Numbered from the stretch's first letter, positions 41,523 to 56,548 are shown. The stretch is DNA of 64,000 bases from Octopus sinensis (GCF_006345805.1 NC_043007.1:17112001-17176000), one strand, 5' to 3'. Translations and numbers: made by a program. Notes: generated by a model not told the origin, from the letters alone.

Positions 41523-42390
41523 TCATCATCATCATACTGGCATGGGTTGGCTGGTTTGACTGAAAACTGGTAAGCTGGGGAGCTGCACCAGGTACCAATC
41601 TGACTTGGCATAGTTTCTACAGCTGGATGCCCTTCCTAATGCCAACCACTCTGAGAGTGTATTGGGTGCTTTTTATGTTCTACCAGCATGAGGGCCAGTC
41701 AGGCGGTACTGGCATAGGCCACGCTTGAGTAGTGCTTTTTATGTGCTACTGGCACAGGCTGCCAGTGAGGCAGCACTGGCAATGACCACCGCTCGAATGG
41801 TGCTTTTTACGTGCCACCGGCATAGGACCTGTCAGCCAGCACTAGCATTGACCACATTCGAATGGTGCTTTTTACGTGCCACCGGCATAGGACCTGTCAG
41901 CCAGCACTAGCATTGACCACATTCGAATGGTGCTTTTTACGTGCCACCGGTACAGGAGCCAGTCACGTGGCACTGGCAACAATCAAGCTTGAATTGATCT
42001 TCTTATGTGCTGCTGGCACGGGAGCTAGTCAGGCGGCACTGGCCATGACCACACTCAAATGGTGCTTTTTATGTGCCACCAGCACGGGAGCCAGTTGGGT
42101 AGCACTGGCATTGATCACGTTTGAATGGTGCTTTTTACGTGCCACCAGCACAGGAATCAGTCAGGCAGTATTAGCAAGGATCACACTTGAATGGTGCTTT
42201 TTAAGTGCCACTGGCACGGGACCAGTCAGGCAGCAATGGCATCGACCATGCTCGAATGGCACCACCAGCATAGGTGCCAATCAGGCAGTACTGTCATTGG
42301 CCACAACAATGACTTCACTTGACTCAACAGGTCTTCACAAGCACAGTTTATTGCCCAATGATTGAAGGGTGTTCTTAAATGGGCTGGGTG
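41523..42390 (-). mobile_element. SINE family D with (GAT)n tail and internal ~65 bp tandem array
   Basis: (cat)n..gcatgggttgg..ctacagctggatgcccttcctaatgccaaccact then ~10 units ggtgctttttacgtgccaccggca; related copies 1-150, 20866-21013, 22130-22320, 34980-35240, 36545-36800, 43120-43470. Confidence 0.8.
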
Positions 42391-42399
42391 CTCTTAAAT

Positions 42400-42648
42400 C
42401 GGTTATCAAGCAATGTTGGGGGGACAAACACAGACACAAACATATACACACACACACACACGTATATATATATATATACATATAATCGACAGGCTTCTTT
42501 CAGTTTCCGTCTACCAAATCCACTCACAAGGCTTTGGTCGGCCCGGGGCTATAATAGAAGACATTTGCCCAAGTTGCCGTGCAGTGGGACTGGACCCAGA
42601 ACCATGTGGTTGGTAAGCAAGCTACTTACCACACAGCCACTCCTGCAC
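42400..42648 (-). mobile_element. SINE family A, 5' half
   Basis: tRNA-like head and core present, tail missing. Confidence 0.85.
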
Positions 42649-43552
42649 CTATAAAATGACAAACTGGTAGAATTGCTATGGTGTTGGACAAAATGCTTAA
42701 CATCATTTCTTCCGGTTCTTTATGTTCTGTGTTCAAATTCTTCCAAAGTCAGCTTTGGTTTTCATCCTTTCAGGTTCACTAAAATAATTACCAGCTGAGC
42801 ATTGGGGCCAACATAATTGACTTACTGCTTTCCCTAAAACTGCTGGCTTTGTGCCAAAATTTGAAACCATTATGATTATTATTATTATTTTCGTCTGCCT
42901 CTTTTCACTAATAACTTTTCCATAGCCATATTTCTTACGAAATACTCCATTTATGTGTTTAAATAAATTTTTTAAATGATCTACAATTTTGAAGGATTAC
43001 TAAAACAACAAGCATTTTCACTATTTAAAATGAATGTTTAGAACATAACTTATAAGATTCATAGTTTTAATTATGATGGAAGAATTAAATTTAAATTCTT
43101 TGCATTGATTGGTTTTGTATCATCATCATCATCATCATTTAACGTCCACTTTCCATGCTAGCTTGGGTTGGACGATTTGACTGAGGACTGGCAAACCAGA
43201 TGGCTGCACCAGGCTCCAATCTTGATCTGGCAGAGTTTCTACAGCTGGATGCCCTTCCTAACGCCAACCACTCCGTGAGTGTGGTGGGTGCTTTTTGCGT
43301 GCCACCAGCACAGAGGCTAGAGGAAGCTGGCAACAGTCACGATCGGTTGGTGCTTTTTATGTGCCACCTGTACAGGAGCCAGTCCAGCGGCACTGGCAAC
43401 GACCTCACTCGAATGTTTTTTTTACGTGCCAGTAAGGCGACGCTGGTAATGATCACGAAGCAAAAATGGTGCCAGGTAAGTTATGGTCAAAAAGGTTAAT
43501 CTATATCTTTTTTTAATTCTTCTCTCTCTCTCTCTCTCTTCTCTTAATCCAG

Positions 43553-43662
43553 GTGAACTTGATCCTGAAAGAATGGGTTCTGGTATTCAGTATGGAGATG
43601 CTTCACTTCGCCGTCTGCACCGGCAACAACAACAGACTCAAAGACCAGACTGTGCCTGCTGA
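43553..43662 (+). CDS. RAB4: Rab4 last coding exon with CXC prenylation motif
   Basis: (CT)n tract and ccag acceptor; (G)[35 protein letters not shown] then TGA at 43660-43662; [15 protein letters not shown] is Rab4-diagnostic. Confidence 0.96.
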
Positions 43663-45686
43663 GGAGATTAGCATCGACACCTTAACATTCTCTGGCTGCT
43701 ACACACCTGTCTTATTTACTTGTCTCGCTGCCAGCTAAGGTTCATTTTACTGAGATTCCTTCATACACTAATGCTACTTTTACTATAACTTCTATTAGGC
43801 ATTGGTCATGATGCAAGGGAAGAACACTCTCTGTTGATAATTTGGAAGATAATTCAACCAGCCAACATTTAATAATAACGATAATTATATATTAATATTA
43901 ATAATAACAATGATGATGGCAATGATGTGAAAGCAATTTCTACATGAACAAAACCTCCACTGTATTCTTTTTGTTTGCCACAGTCTGCAAAGGTTGATTA
44001 TTATTATTATTATTGATTTTGTTTGTCTTTTGGTTCAGTGCTATTTTTACAATCACTGTTGTGTCATTATTAGCTGTATGTTGCCGCAATACAGTTTGTC
44101 AACAGTTTCTGTCTTTCGTTCCGACCTCCGCTCTCATTTGTTTTATTTCTCCAATACACTATACATACTTACAGAGCCACACACCACATTATATAATATT
44201 TAGCATGGCTAATCCCCCACGTTCCGATTATTAATCCCCCCACAAGCTAAACCCCCGCCCCATTTTCAATGTTTTTCTCATCTCTGATGCAGATGGAAGC
44301 AAAAAGAAATTTGACCTTTCAATTACAAAGTTTCAAATTTTCTCCTCTATAAATTTATTTAAAAGCCGAAAAGTAATTAAATCAGATGACTTGTTAATTA
44401 TAAATTAAATTTTGCTGCTGAGTACTGTATTTCTCATGGCTAGCAGTTCTGCTTCCATCCAGCTATCTACCAAGACAACTTTCCTTTTTGATTACATCTC
44501 TGTAACATCCACCTTAAGTGTTTCAAACCAGTTACCAATATCTTCTTCATAAAATACCTTTATTTACTCCTAAACACTTCCTCCACTCACAGATTTAAGA
44601 AGGAACATTTTTTTTGTTTGTTTAATTTTTCAAATATAAATCACAACTAGAGTATATTATCTAAACATCCCAAGACTGAGCTTTCTCTCTCTCCTAAGGA
44701 ATATTATGTCCAGTTCAAAAATATTTTTTAGTGAAAAGGTAAATAACTGAACATGTTACCATCCTAGGATGTGATAATTTAACCCTTTAGTGTTCACATT
44801 ATTCTGCCAAAATTAATGCTTTTACATCTTCATTGTTTTGAACTAATCATGCATTATCTTGTAGCTTTGAGATTTTGATGAGGTAGCTGTTAATTTTTAA
44901 GATGATATTGTAGGGTTGGTGTAAGAGACCAGATATGGCCAATTTGAACATAAAACAAGCAGAATACTTTTGGCCGGATATGGCCGGTTTAAATGCTAAA
45001 GGGTTAAACGAGTAATGGTAATTAACAACATAACTAATGAGCTGGTGTATGAATTTGTTTCTCTGTTTCCTAGTGTTGATAGCAAGAGGTTTGGTATAAG
45101 CCACTGTTTACTTTGATAGGGAGCAACTGAACAATTCTGTTTTCTGTTCATGGTCAGCTTCTGGACGACCTACTCTAAATAATAGCAATGACGATTACGA
45201 TGATATATGGTGGCTGCTGTACAAAGCATTTTGAACCAAATATGAGGCAATTGTTGTGTGGAATAATGTGAAAATTGAATAACCTGAAAAGAAATTTTTT
45301 TTTTTTTAAATTTTCATTTTAGAATTTATAGATTCAGCAATAACAGTTTCATTATGGTTCGTCCCCCCACCCCACCCTTTTTTTTTTTTTACATAAATTT
45401 AACTTAATATAAAATTATGAAAATTATGTGATTGTTTTTTTGATTGTTGGCCAAGTTGCCAAATCCCAAACCTGACCTAATGATTTAATGGTTTCTTTAA
45501 TTTAATATCTTATTTTTGTTATTCTGAAACAAAGCTTTAAATTCTTTGGGGGAGTTTTCTAAACCTTCCTTTGTTCAAGTTATCCCCTAGCTTGTGAAAT
45601 TAATATAAATAAATTATATATAAGTTATATGTTAAATTAGTATATATTTCAGAAAAGTTATGTTTAATTTACACCTAAATTACCCC

Positions 45687-45719
<33 letters not shown>

Positions 45720-47228
45720 AAGCAGTACAGATCTCTATTATTATATATTTTTGTTTATTCAGCATGTATGCTAGATAATTTCTATTGAATCATCTAATTT
45801 GCATTTATTATTATTATTATTATTAAGGTGGTGAGCTGGTAGAATTGTTAGCTTGCTAGGCAAAATGCTTAGCAGTATTTTGCCTTTCATCCTTTTGGGG
45901 GTCAATAAGTTAAGAACCAGTGAAAAACTGCAGTCAGTGTAATTTACTAGTCTTCTCCCCACAAAATTCCAGGCCTTGCGCCTTGAGCAGAAAGGATTAC
46001 TATTGAAGCAGCATTAATATTAGATTAGTGAGTTTTCAAATTTTTGTTGCAATCAGTACCTTAGTTGGCTTACTTCAGCAATATCTCCATAAATTGCCTT
46101 TTTAAAGTTTAAATACTTGGCATGTCTGTAGAGAAAATCCTGCAACATCCTTAGTGGCTTACCGCAACACTCCGACCAAACACACACATGATGCTTTTGT
46201 TTCCGACATTTTTTTTTTTTTCCAATGTGATGAAAATATTTATTGTTACTGAATCGTTATTAATGCTTTATTTACTTAAGGCACTCAGAAAGTTTGCTAT
46301 TTATAATAAACTTTGTTTTACTAAGGGAAGTGGTGTTTCATTTGGTTTAAACATTGTGACAGTGTTAATGTTAATGGCTGAATTATTTGGAAGCTGGGCT
46401 ACCTTTGGAAAACCTGTTTTAATAATTCTTTATATATATATATATGTGTGTGTATATGCCACTCAAGTAGCCTGTTATTCTGGAGTTTCCACTGCATGCA
46501 AGTGCCTTTTTAGACAACTCAGACTGAGCCATGTCTACCTTGTTTCAAGAAGCAGTCATGCTAAGAAAACTCCAGGGTACTAGACCCGCTCAAACAACCT
46601 ACTGCACTCTACATTTGTATTGAGTACTTCTCCGGATCATTACCAACAACAGTGTGTGTGTGTGTATGTATATATATATATATATATATATATTTTAGGT
46701 TGTAATCTTAAGCAATGCTAGGTTTGTATCGCTATATGTGATATTTCCATCTTGTAGGTTCTTAAATTGTAATGTCCCAGTGCCATACAACAATGCTACA
46801 GAGAGAAAGAGAAAAGCTTTATTTTTTTCCTGAAAGGAGGTACAGCCCTTTTTTTTTTTCTTTCCTCACTACCACTGTCTGTCTTCCAAATAAATTTAAG
46901 GAGACAAAATGATACTGGTCTTGAGCAAACACTATGTGTATTAGCCTTGTGTGTATAATACACCCATATATATATATATATATATCTGTAAACGTAAATG
47001 TAATATGTGACAATTATTCGGTAGTCAAGATAAAAAACTCCGATGGCGTTTTTCCGATGGCCAGATAACTGAAGAGATGGTGGCGTGGATTTCCACCTCA
47101 GCATCCGAAACTCAGAGTTTTATCTTGGCAACTGAATAATTGTCACATCTACAGATAAATTCCTCTATTTACATAATATCAAGGTCTCTTTCTTTCTTTT
47201 GTTATCTTACCGTTTTTATCTATATATG

Positions 47229-47286
<58 letters not shown>

Positions 47287-48982
47287 GCACACACACACAT
47301 ATATATATACATATACATGCATACACACAATTTTTCTCTTCTGTTCACACCTGTATATACAAAGCATACTGCCATGACATAAAATTTAGATTCATTTATT
47401 GTTTTAAAACTAGGCAATAATGAAAACAACAGGTAAGAACCGAGGTATGTTAAGTGTGCCAAGAAGAAAGGAAATTTCTTTTGTTTTGGGGGTCAGACTC
47501 TTCATCTGAGATTGAAGGAGGAGGCCATTACTATAGACAGACTATCACTTTTCTTTAAATCCACTGAAAGCAAAATAGTTGTGCATCATCTACATATGTG
47601 GTGTATCCATGGCTGTGCAGCCTGTTTCACAAGGAACTCCTTTATAAGGAACATCTACTCAATGACTCTATGCTGTTCTATAACATTTGAACAAAACTAC
47701 ATATATAATGTCTCTATGTATATATATGTGTGTGTGTGTGTGTATGTATGTGTATATATATCATTGCTTTTCCTTTTAGTTTGAAATTTATTTACTTTTC
47801 TTATTAATACTTTAAATCTGGATTTGCTCCCTGCATTTTTTTTTCTTCTCTTTTGAAACTCATTTCAGATACTTTTATATTGTATCATATTTCTATTTAA
47901 TTTAATTTAATTTAAATTTTTTCCTCTTTCTATTAATCATGTTGAAAATTATATCAATTTCTTCTTTTTTTTTTGGTTTTTTAGAATACATACTATGAAT
48001 GCGAATTGTATTAACAACAAGTTAACCTAACTTGTTAAAGTTTGATCCCTTTTCAATTATCAGTTATCTAATATTTTACATTTGAATATAATATTTCCAA
48101 AAATCCAACACATTGAAATTTTTCTGCCTGTGTTCTAACAACCAACAACCTCTTTCTATTATTAAGAAAACAAAACTCCTTAAAGTTCACTATCATTTGG
48201 CAAGTGACTTCACCAGCAAGCACCAAGCATGTAGACATACATGAGGTTCAGTGTAACCCCTAGATACTTCTCTTTCAAACTTGGTTCATAGTATTTAGAT
48301 GTGCACTTAATTTCATCTCATTTCTTTGATGTTAATAGTAATGATAGTAATGTCCCCCAAAACAATTTGTTACTCCTTTCAACTTAAACTGGTCATATTC
48401 TTATAAAATCATCATTATTATTATTACTATTATTATTACTAAGGTAGCAAGCTGAATTATTACTGAGTCAAACAAAATGTTTAGTGGCATTTCTTCTGGT
48501 CTTTTACTTTCTGAATTTAAATTCTGTCACGGTCAACTTTGCCCTTCATCATTTTGGGGGTCAATAAAAAAAAAAGTACCAGTTGAGTAGAGGGGGTGGG
48601 GAGATGTCAGTGTAATTGACTTTCCTCTCTCCTCGAAATTGCCGGTCTTGTGACAAAATTGGAAAGAATTATTATTATGGAGTTGGCATAAATGTTATAA
48701 AACTGGACCAGACAGTCTGAAGTGTAAAGTTTTTGTTTGTGTCTTACTGTGCTTAATACAAAATCTTTCAAGGTTAATTCATCATTGAGATCAATAAATA
48801 CTTCTAAAATGTTATGCTTGACATTGGTGCACTTAAGAGTTGCCACTGCTTTTATAAAACAGGCCAAGTTTCTCTTTCTTAGAAATAAAACCTTACAATT
48901 AACAGTGGTCAAGTTGATGGATTATAGATTTTAAATTTGTATTCTGCTGCTAGTATTATTGAATGTATATCTTAGCTTTGTC

Positions 48983-49225
48983 TTAATTCCCTTGGCACCG
49001 TGTGGAGCATAGGTCGCCACTAAGGGATTTCCATCTGTCTGTATCTTTGGCAATGGATTGCAGTTTTCCCCAGGGGTAGTTGCCTGCCAGCGTTTCAGTT
49101 TCTATGGACCATCTGTTGTTTTGGTCTGCTATGCTTCTGTCTTCTTCAGGGTGTCCATTGGAGGGCTTACCTTGTAATGCTGGGTATGGGTTTCCATAAG
49201 GTGTGTCACAGCCACATGAGAAACA
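48983..49225 (-). mobile_element. RTE-like LINE 3' end relic
   Basis: WSIETETLAGNYPWGKLQSIAKDTDRWKSLSGDLCS resembles the W..L...A.DR..W..L...LC terminus. Confidence 0.7.
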
Positions 49226-50176
49226 ACTATTCAATATTAGAATATTTGAAACAATTATTAATGTATGTCTGTAATCTTTACATTGTAGCTTCCCCCCCCC
49301 ACACCTCAATATTTTTTTTTTTTTTTTTTGTGCATCTTCAGAGTTTGTTTTCAGAGTTTGTTTAATCCAGGAATAGAAGGGTCAATCAGTCTTGAAATTG
49401 AAACAGATCCCTATTCTCGTTAATGAGGTTTTGCGTCTATCTCTCTACCAGCAATGATTTGTTGCGTTAGTTACCTTTGTATTAATTTAAAAGTAAGCTT
49501 TGGAAAAACAAATCAAATAAAACACACACACATAGGTTCTAAAGAAAAAGAAACCAGGTGAGAAAAAGTTTCATAAAGAAACAAAACCTTTGCAATATTA
49601 GAATTTAAAATATTTCTCTAAAAAAAAAAAAAAACTATTTAAATATTTTTTGCCCCTTTTATTGTTTCTAATTTGCTGTTCATCTTAACCTGACTGGTTT
49701 GATGTCAGGTCATTTGAAAATATCTTAAAATCCCTCCAAAAAAATTCTCCTCTTATAACAACAAAGATATCGTCTAACCTTTCTTATTTTGTATTTAGTT
49801 TGGTCATCTATTCTTCTGACAATGATAATGACGAGTTATTTTCAATGGAATTATCTGAACTTTTCTGTATACATCCTGGCTCTCTCTCTCCCTCATATCC
49901 ATTTCCTGGCCTACAGCAGCATGCACAGAATAGTAAAGTCTGTAAAAGGATTCTTTTATCATAGCTCACTTTCATATTTCTATCTGAACACTTGGAAACA
50001 TGAAACTAAAGAGTTACGATTTAAAAAGCTTCAGCTTCAAATAAAATATATTTACTTTGTTACATGTAATAAATATGTTCTCACTTTGTGTGTACACTTC
50101 AATGCCAGTGTTGTGCCGACTTTAACCCTTTAGTGTTCAGATTACTCTGTTAAATGTAATATTTTTTCACTCAAAT

Positions 50177-50592
50177 AGGCGCAGGAGTGGCTGTGTGGTA
50201 AGTAGCTTGCTTACCAACCACATGGTTCCGGGTTCAGTCCCACTGCGTGGCATCTTGGGCAAGTGTCTTCTACTATAGCCTCAGGCCTACCAGTGCCTCG
50301 TGAGTGGATTTGGTAGACGGAAACTGAAAGAAGCCTGTCGTATATATGTATATATATATATATATATGTATGTATGTGTGTATATATGTTTGTGTGTCTG
50401 TGTTTGTCCCCCTAGCATTGCTTGACAACCGATGCTGGTGTGTTTACGTCCCCCGTCACTTAGCGGTTCGGCAAAAGAGACCGATAGAATAAGTACTGGG
50501 CTTACAAAGAATAAGTCCCGGGGTCGATTTGGTCGACTAAAGGCAGTGCTCCAGCATGGCCGCAGTCAAATGACTGAAACGAGTAAAAGAGT
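50177..50592 (+). mobile_element. tRNA-derived SINE family A (~400 bp, internal TA tract), full-length copy nested in a piggyBac-type MITE
   Basis: A-box tggctgtgtgg, B-box ggttcagtccc, ccttgggcaagt core, tail gactgaaacgagtaaaagag; MITE sequence resumes on both sides. Confidence 0.92.
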
Positions 50593-53500
50593 AAATTGTT
50601 TTGAATTACTCATGCATTGTCTTACAGCTTTGAGGTTTCAATGATGTGATTGTTTATTTTTAGAATGTCAGTGTAGGTTAGGTGTGAGAGGCTAGATATG
50701 GCTAGTTCAAATACAAAACAAGTAGATTACCTGGGCCAGATGTGGCTGGTTTAAACACTAAAGGGTTAATAGTGTGTGTCTATGAGTGTGTGTGAAAGAG
50801 AAATAACGTTGCATTAATATCAGCTTCTGTTCCGTATTAAGACACTGTTTGTCTTTAGCATTTCTTTCTTTTATCACCCTTATCCTGCTTCTTGCAGAAG
50901 GTTCTGACTGTGATAGAAGAGACCTTTGTTCTGATGTTTTATTTACAATTTGAGAGGGTCTCTGCATGTTTACTTGACCTGCTAGAAATAGCAGCCAAAT
51001 TTTCTTCAAATTACATTTTACATTCTCGAAAAAAAAGAGGAAGGTGCATTCTAGGTACATTATAATTTGGCAAATAAGATGGTATGATTAGCATGTGTAA
51101 TGCCTTTTGACCTTAGGTCTGCTTGATCAAAACTGACCTGGCGCTAAACAGCAAGAATTGAACTTGAAATCCAAAGACTGTTGGCATCTCCCTAAAAATT
51201 TTGTCGCTTGATAACGAAATATTGCCATGTTATAATAATTTGAATAAAACCTATTCTGTCAGGTTGGTGTAAATATAAGCCTATAGCTACCAGTTCCTCT
51301 TTATTTCTGTTAAAATTACAATAAATCTATAGAAAGATAGATAACTTGTCTAATTTGTTGTCGAGAAATCCCTTCTCTGCTCTGTCAGAAAACCCGAAAG
51401 TGTATGTGTGCGTGTGTGTGTATATGATATCTTGTAAAACAGTTTATAAAAATAGCAGTAGCTATGAGGAAAGAGGAAGGCATACCTGAGATTCAAGGAT
51501 CAAGTCTTTTTTGCTAAAAAATATTTTATAACTCTGTTGAATTTCATAACAAGAAATTAGGCCTAAAGACTTCCCAGAAATATTTCATTAATTTGTTAGA
51601 GCATCGGATAAAATGCCTTGCAGTATATATATATTCTAGCTCTTTACAGTCCAAGTTCAAATCCTGTAGTGGTCATCTTTACCTTTTTATCCTTTCAGGG
51701 TTGATAAAGTACCTGTTAAGTACTGGGGTTGATTTAATCAACTAACTCCTTCCCCAAATTTCTGGCCTTATTCCTATTTTAGAAATGATGGCCATTACTA
51801 AATCCTCCCAAGGTTAATTAAAAATGCCTTAGGTATTTAGTCGTGTCTGTTAATATTCTAAGTTTAGATCTTGCTGTGGTTGATTTTAGCTTTTCATCTG
51901 TCTTGGGTTGATAAAATGAGTACAAGTCAAATACTGGGGGAGGGGTCAATATATTTGTCCCCTTCCATCAAATTTGAAATCTTGTATCTATGTAAGAAAG
52001 TATTAGTGAGGTTGATTAATCCAAATCTACTGGAATATAATTTGTGGCATTATCTACAAGTGAGAAATTTTTAACATTAGTAGAAGAAACTGTGTGGAAT
52101 CCCATCATGTATGTTTTGTTTGTCTCCTTACCATTGCTTGACAACCGGTGTTGGTTTGTTTATATCCCCATAACTGAGCGGTTCAGCAAAAAAGACTGAT
52201 GGAATAAGTACCAGTCTTAAAAAATAATTACTGGGGTCAATTTGTTCAGCTAAGCCCTTCAAGGTGGTGCTCCAATATGGCTGCAGTTCAATGACTGAAA
52301 CAAGTAAGGTGAAAGATTAATGAGAAGTATTATAAAGGAAATAGTAATCTTCTCACAAGATTGAAGTATAATATTGGTCCCCAGTTAAAGCCATGTCATT
52401 TCACTAACACTAAAAATGCCTTTAGGAAATGCATGTGTATCACTGCATCTCCTATATATCACTGTGACTGACCAGACTATCAGATGTTGCTACACATCGC
52501 TGGTCACAATGCGCTTTGCATTGTTTTAGCCTTCAAGTGATGCCACCCTGCTGGCTAAGCGAGCAGGCCAACAGAAGAAAGTGAGAGAAAGTTTGTGGCG
52601 AAAGAGTACAGCAGGGATCGCCACCACCCCCTGCCGGAGCCTCATGGAGCTTTAGGTGTTTTCGCTCAATAAACACTCACAACACCCAGTCTGGGAATCG
52701 AAACCGCAATCTTACAACCGTGAGTCCGCTGCCCTAACCACTGGGCCATTGCGCCTCCACAGTATCTCCTATATATATACAATAGCAAAATATGGCACCT
52801 CAGTATCTAGTCATGGAAAAGACCAACATTATGAAAAGTAAAATATGATGGTGCAGCAGATGGTTCCACATTGTCTCAACTGTCAGTTGCCACAGCTTCT
52901 GTCCTGTCATTTATGGCTTTGCCAAAAGCATTCCTGCCAAGGCTTGTCATTTCCTGTAAACACTCATAAATGTTAATGGCAAACATTCTAGAGAATATAT
53001 TTATATTTCACTTGGCTACAACAGTAATTAATGATGGATAGCTCTGTGGAGGCCATAAATGTTGACAGCTCTGTACATGGAAGCAGATTGCAAATTTGTA
53101 TTTCTGTTGTTTCTAAGAGACTGCTAATTGCATACATTTATATTTCATGGAATTTTACAATATTTTGAATAGTAGATTTAAAAACAAAATATGTAGTAAA
53201 GTAAGTCAGGTTGCCAACTAGGTGTGGATTGTTGCTAAGATATTAGACCATAATACTTTACGTTCATAGCATAGCTATAGGAGGCAAGAATGTTGGACTA
53301 CCCTGGTGAACACTTTTATTGGGGCAGTACTTTTGGGTCTTCTATATAAACCTGTATAACTCAAGGGCTGTCCTGGGTGGCACACATTGTAGCTACACCA
53401 CTGTTTCATGGTGTATTTTCTTGAGAGCAAGTCAGCTTTGTGGATCTTGTTTCTCCTCAAGCAACACTCTTGGAAGGATTTGAGTTCAGCACTGTAAGAT

Positions 53501-56500
53501 AATAAAGCACTTATATTTACAGAGCTGTGGATTAACAGAATTGTTAGCATTGGCTAAAACATCTTGTGATATTATTGCTCTTTGTTCTGGTTTCAAATTC
53601 CACCAGTCCTCTTTACCTTTCATTCTTCAGTGGTTGTACTACTCATATACCACATATTGATAGTATCCTACCCCTAAATGTGTGGCCTTGTTATATTGGA
53701 AATTAGTTGAACAAAGCTCTTGCTGGTTATAGTGGTCACCTATGTTTACCCATTGTTTTTACATCTAAGTGTGCTGGGCTATTTGAGAGTGATATGTCTT
53801 GACTTAGACACATAGTACAGCATTATTGCTGGGATATGATCCTTGAATATTTCTATGAAACATTCTAACTACTTGGCCAACTGGAGCTGTCCTTTATTTA
53901 ATGTTTCTAATAGAAATATTCTTAAATGTTCTGTGAACTGGATATCAGTTGGTGGCTGAAGATATTTTGTATCTAAATGAAGCTAACCAGATCCATTTCA
54001 GATTCAGCGCACCATTAATGGCATGGGCAATTGGAAACAGCAGAGTTATGTTTTTTGCATGAAGTTTAGGTTAATGTAACCAGAACAAAATTATCAGTAA
54101 ATCTATAACGTGTCCTTAACACTAAAATATGAGGAAGTTTTATTACTGGAGCATTTATTAAATTTGATTGAAATTTAATATAATAATATATAATAATAAT
54201 GAAATTATTGTATACAGTGCTCAGGTGCACCACAACTTGTCAAAAAGTGCGTATAAAGTATATGCAGTAATGTACAAATGTCTGGAAAGCGAACAATGTG
54301 TGAGTCAGATACATGCTTGTGTGTGTATGGAGGGGAAAAAATCAGGTGTAGTGTTGGCGAATCTCAGGAAGCATGGAAGTTTTGAAGGATGCAGTGCTCT
54401 AACAACTAATACCGGCAGTTTGTTCCATGCTTCAGCAACTCTTAATAGATACTATATGATTAATCTTAATTGTTAAGATTATAAAGCATACACAGGCATA
54501 TATACACACGCACACATGTTCTATTATCTTAGCACCAAGTCCTATCTTTGTACTGATGACCTACAGCTAGCTATTACTACCACTGACATTATACATTTAT
54601 GTCCTTATATATAAGTGATTGTATGTAATGCATATAATTTAAATGGTAACCATTTCTCTGTTTGATCCAAATCTCTGTAAGCATGATAAACCTTTGCCAA
54701 TATCATGGAAATCAGAATGCTCTTCTCCCAGTGTGATCCAATGCAGAGTATAGACAAATATTTGATATATATATATGTCTATGTATATATTCATGTATGT
54801 ATAAAATAAAATCAAGAACAGAACACCTCTGCCACTATCTGGCGTATACAGGTGCTTACACTTATCAAGTATTCACCCTAAATTTGCAGTACCATGTATG
54901 TATAAATATATGTAAAATAGCATGGTGTATAATACTAACTTCACACTCTAAAGATATTAACTATTTGATATTAATATCAATTGTAAAATGGAGTCAATTG
55001 GTTGAATTTAGTCTTCACACCTTTATAAATATTTTAATTTCTTTATCATTTTTGTGTATTTTACATTATTGCTTGGAATGGCAAATTTTAGATTCTGTAT
55101 TTTGTTATATATATATACACATATATATATATATATATATATATATCTTTAGGTAAATATATTCAATGAGAATATTATATACTGAATTTATATTGAGTGC
55201 TCCATTGTATAAAAAATATTAATACTATTAAAGTATTTATATATTTAATACGAGCGATATATACATATATTTTTTAATATATTATTATTATTAATAAAGA
55301 AAATCAATATCCATACTCATCGTAACGATGTACTCAGCAGCTTTTCTTTCAGCTCTTTACATTCTGAGTCCAAAGAGACCATCAAGGTTGACTTTGCCTT
55401 TCACACGGGTATATCGTTATGATGAGTCTGGATATTGGTTTTTTCTATATTAATAGTTATAATATATATATATATATATATTGATAACTCATCTTGTACT
55501 GTCGTGTTTCTTGTAATTGTTCTGAAAATTAGTTCTGTAGTTAGAGCATTGGACAAAATACTTTGCAGTTTTTTTTGGTTTTTTTATGTTCTGAGTTCAA
55601 CTTTGCCTTTCACCCTTCTGGGATCAATAAAATGTAGTACCAGTGAAACAACTTAAATCTTAAGTCTAGATTATGATGATGATGATGTTAAGAAGAAAGT
55701 AGAAAAAGAATTAATTATCCAAAAGTGACTTAAGATTAACATTGAAGTTAGTGATGTGGTGGTGATGATGATGTTTGCCAGGTTTCTTTCACACCTTAAA
55801 TATTTGATTGGGAGGCAGTTTTAAAGAAAGTTAAAATTTGCAAAACAGAATTTTTTTTTGAAAAATCGTCTTTCCAGAAATTTCTTTTACTTTTTCTTCT
55901 AAATAATTTTTTTTCCTAGGCATTTAAATTTTTTTTTTTTTTTTTTAAGGCAGTGAGCTGTTAGAATCATTACCATTCTGGACAAAATGCTTAGCACCTT
56001 TTCTTTTAGCTCTTTTACATTCTGAGTCCAAAAGAGACCATCAAGGTTGACTTTGCTTTTCATCCTTTCGGAGATGATTAAATAAGTACCAGTTGGGCAC
56101 TGGGGTCAGAGTGACCTACTTACTCTTTCCTTTAAAATTGCTGGCCTTGTGCCAAAATTTGAAATGATCATTATTATTTTCAATCCTTTTCTTGATAGCG
56201 CATCATATATGTAGGGGCCAGCTGGATGTTTTGTAAGATTCTGATGTAATCCATTGCATCAGGGGCATAAATGAATTTACCTATTTATGTCGGGTTATTT
56301 CAGATAACATGCCAATAAAGATTTGGTGCACCCTATAAACCCTATGTTGCTTTTGGAGAGGGTGGGCTACTGTGTAGCTGGGCCCGAATCTGTTACATTT
56401 TTCTGTCTCTTTCTCTCACACACACAACTCTCTTAGGGAAATCTTTACGTTTTCTTTATTATAGAGATGTTCCTAATTAACTGTCAGTTTTTACAAATAC

Positions 56501-56506
56501 GATATA

Positions 56507-56548
<42 letters not shown>

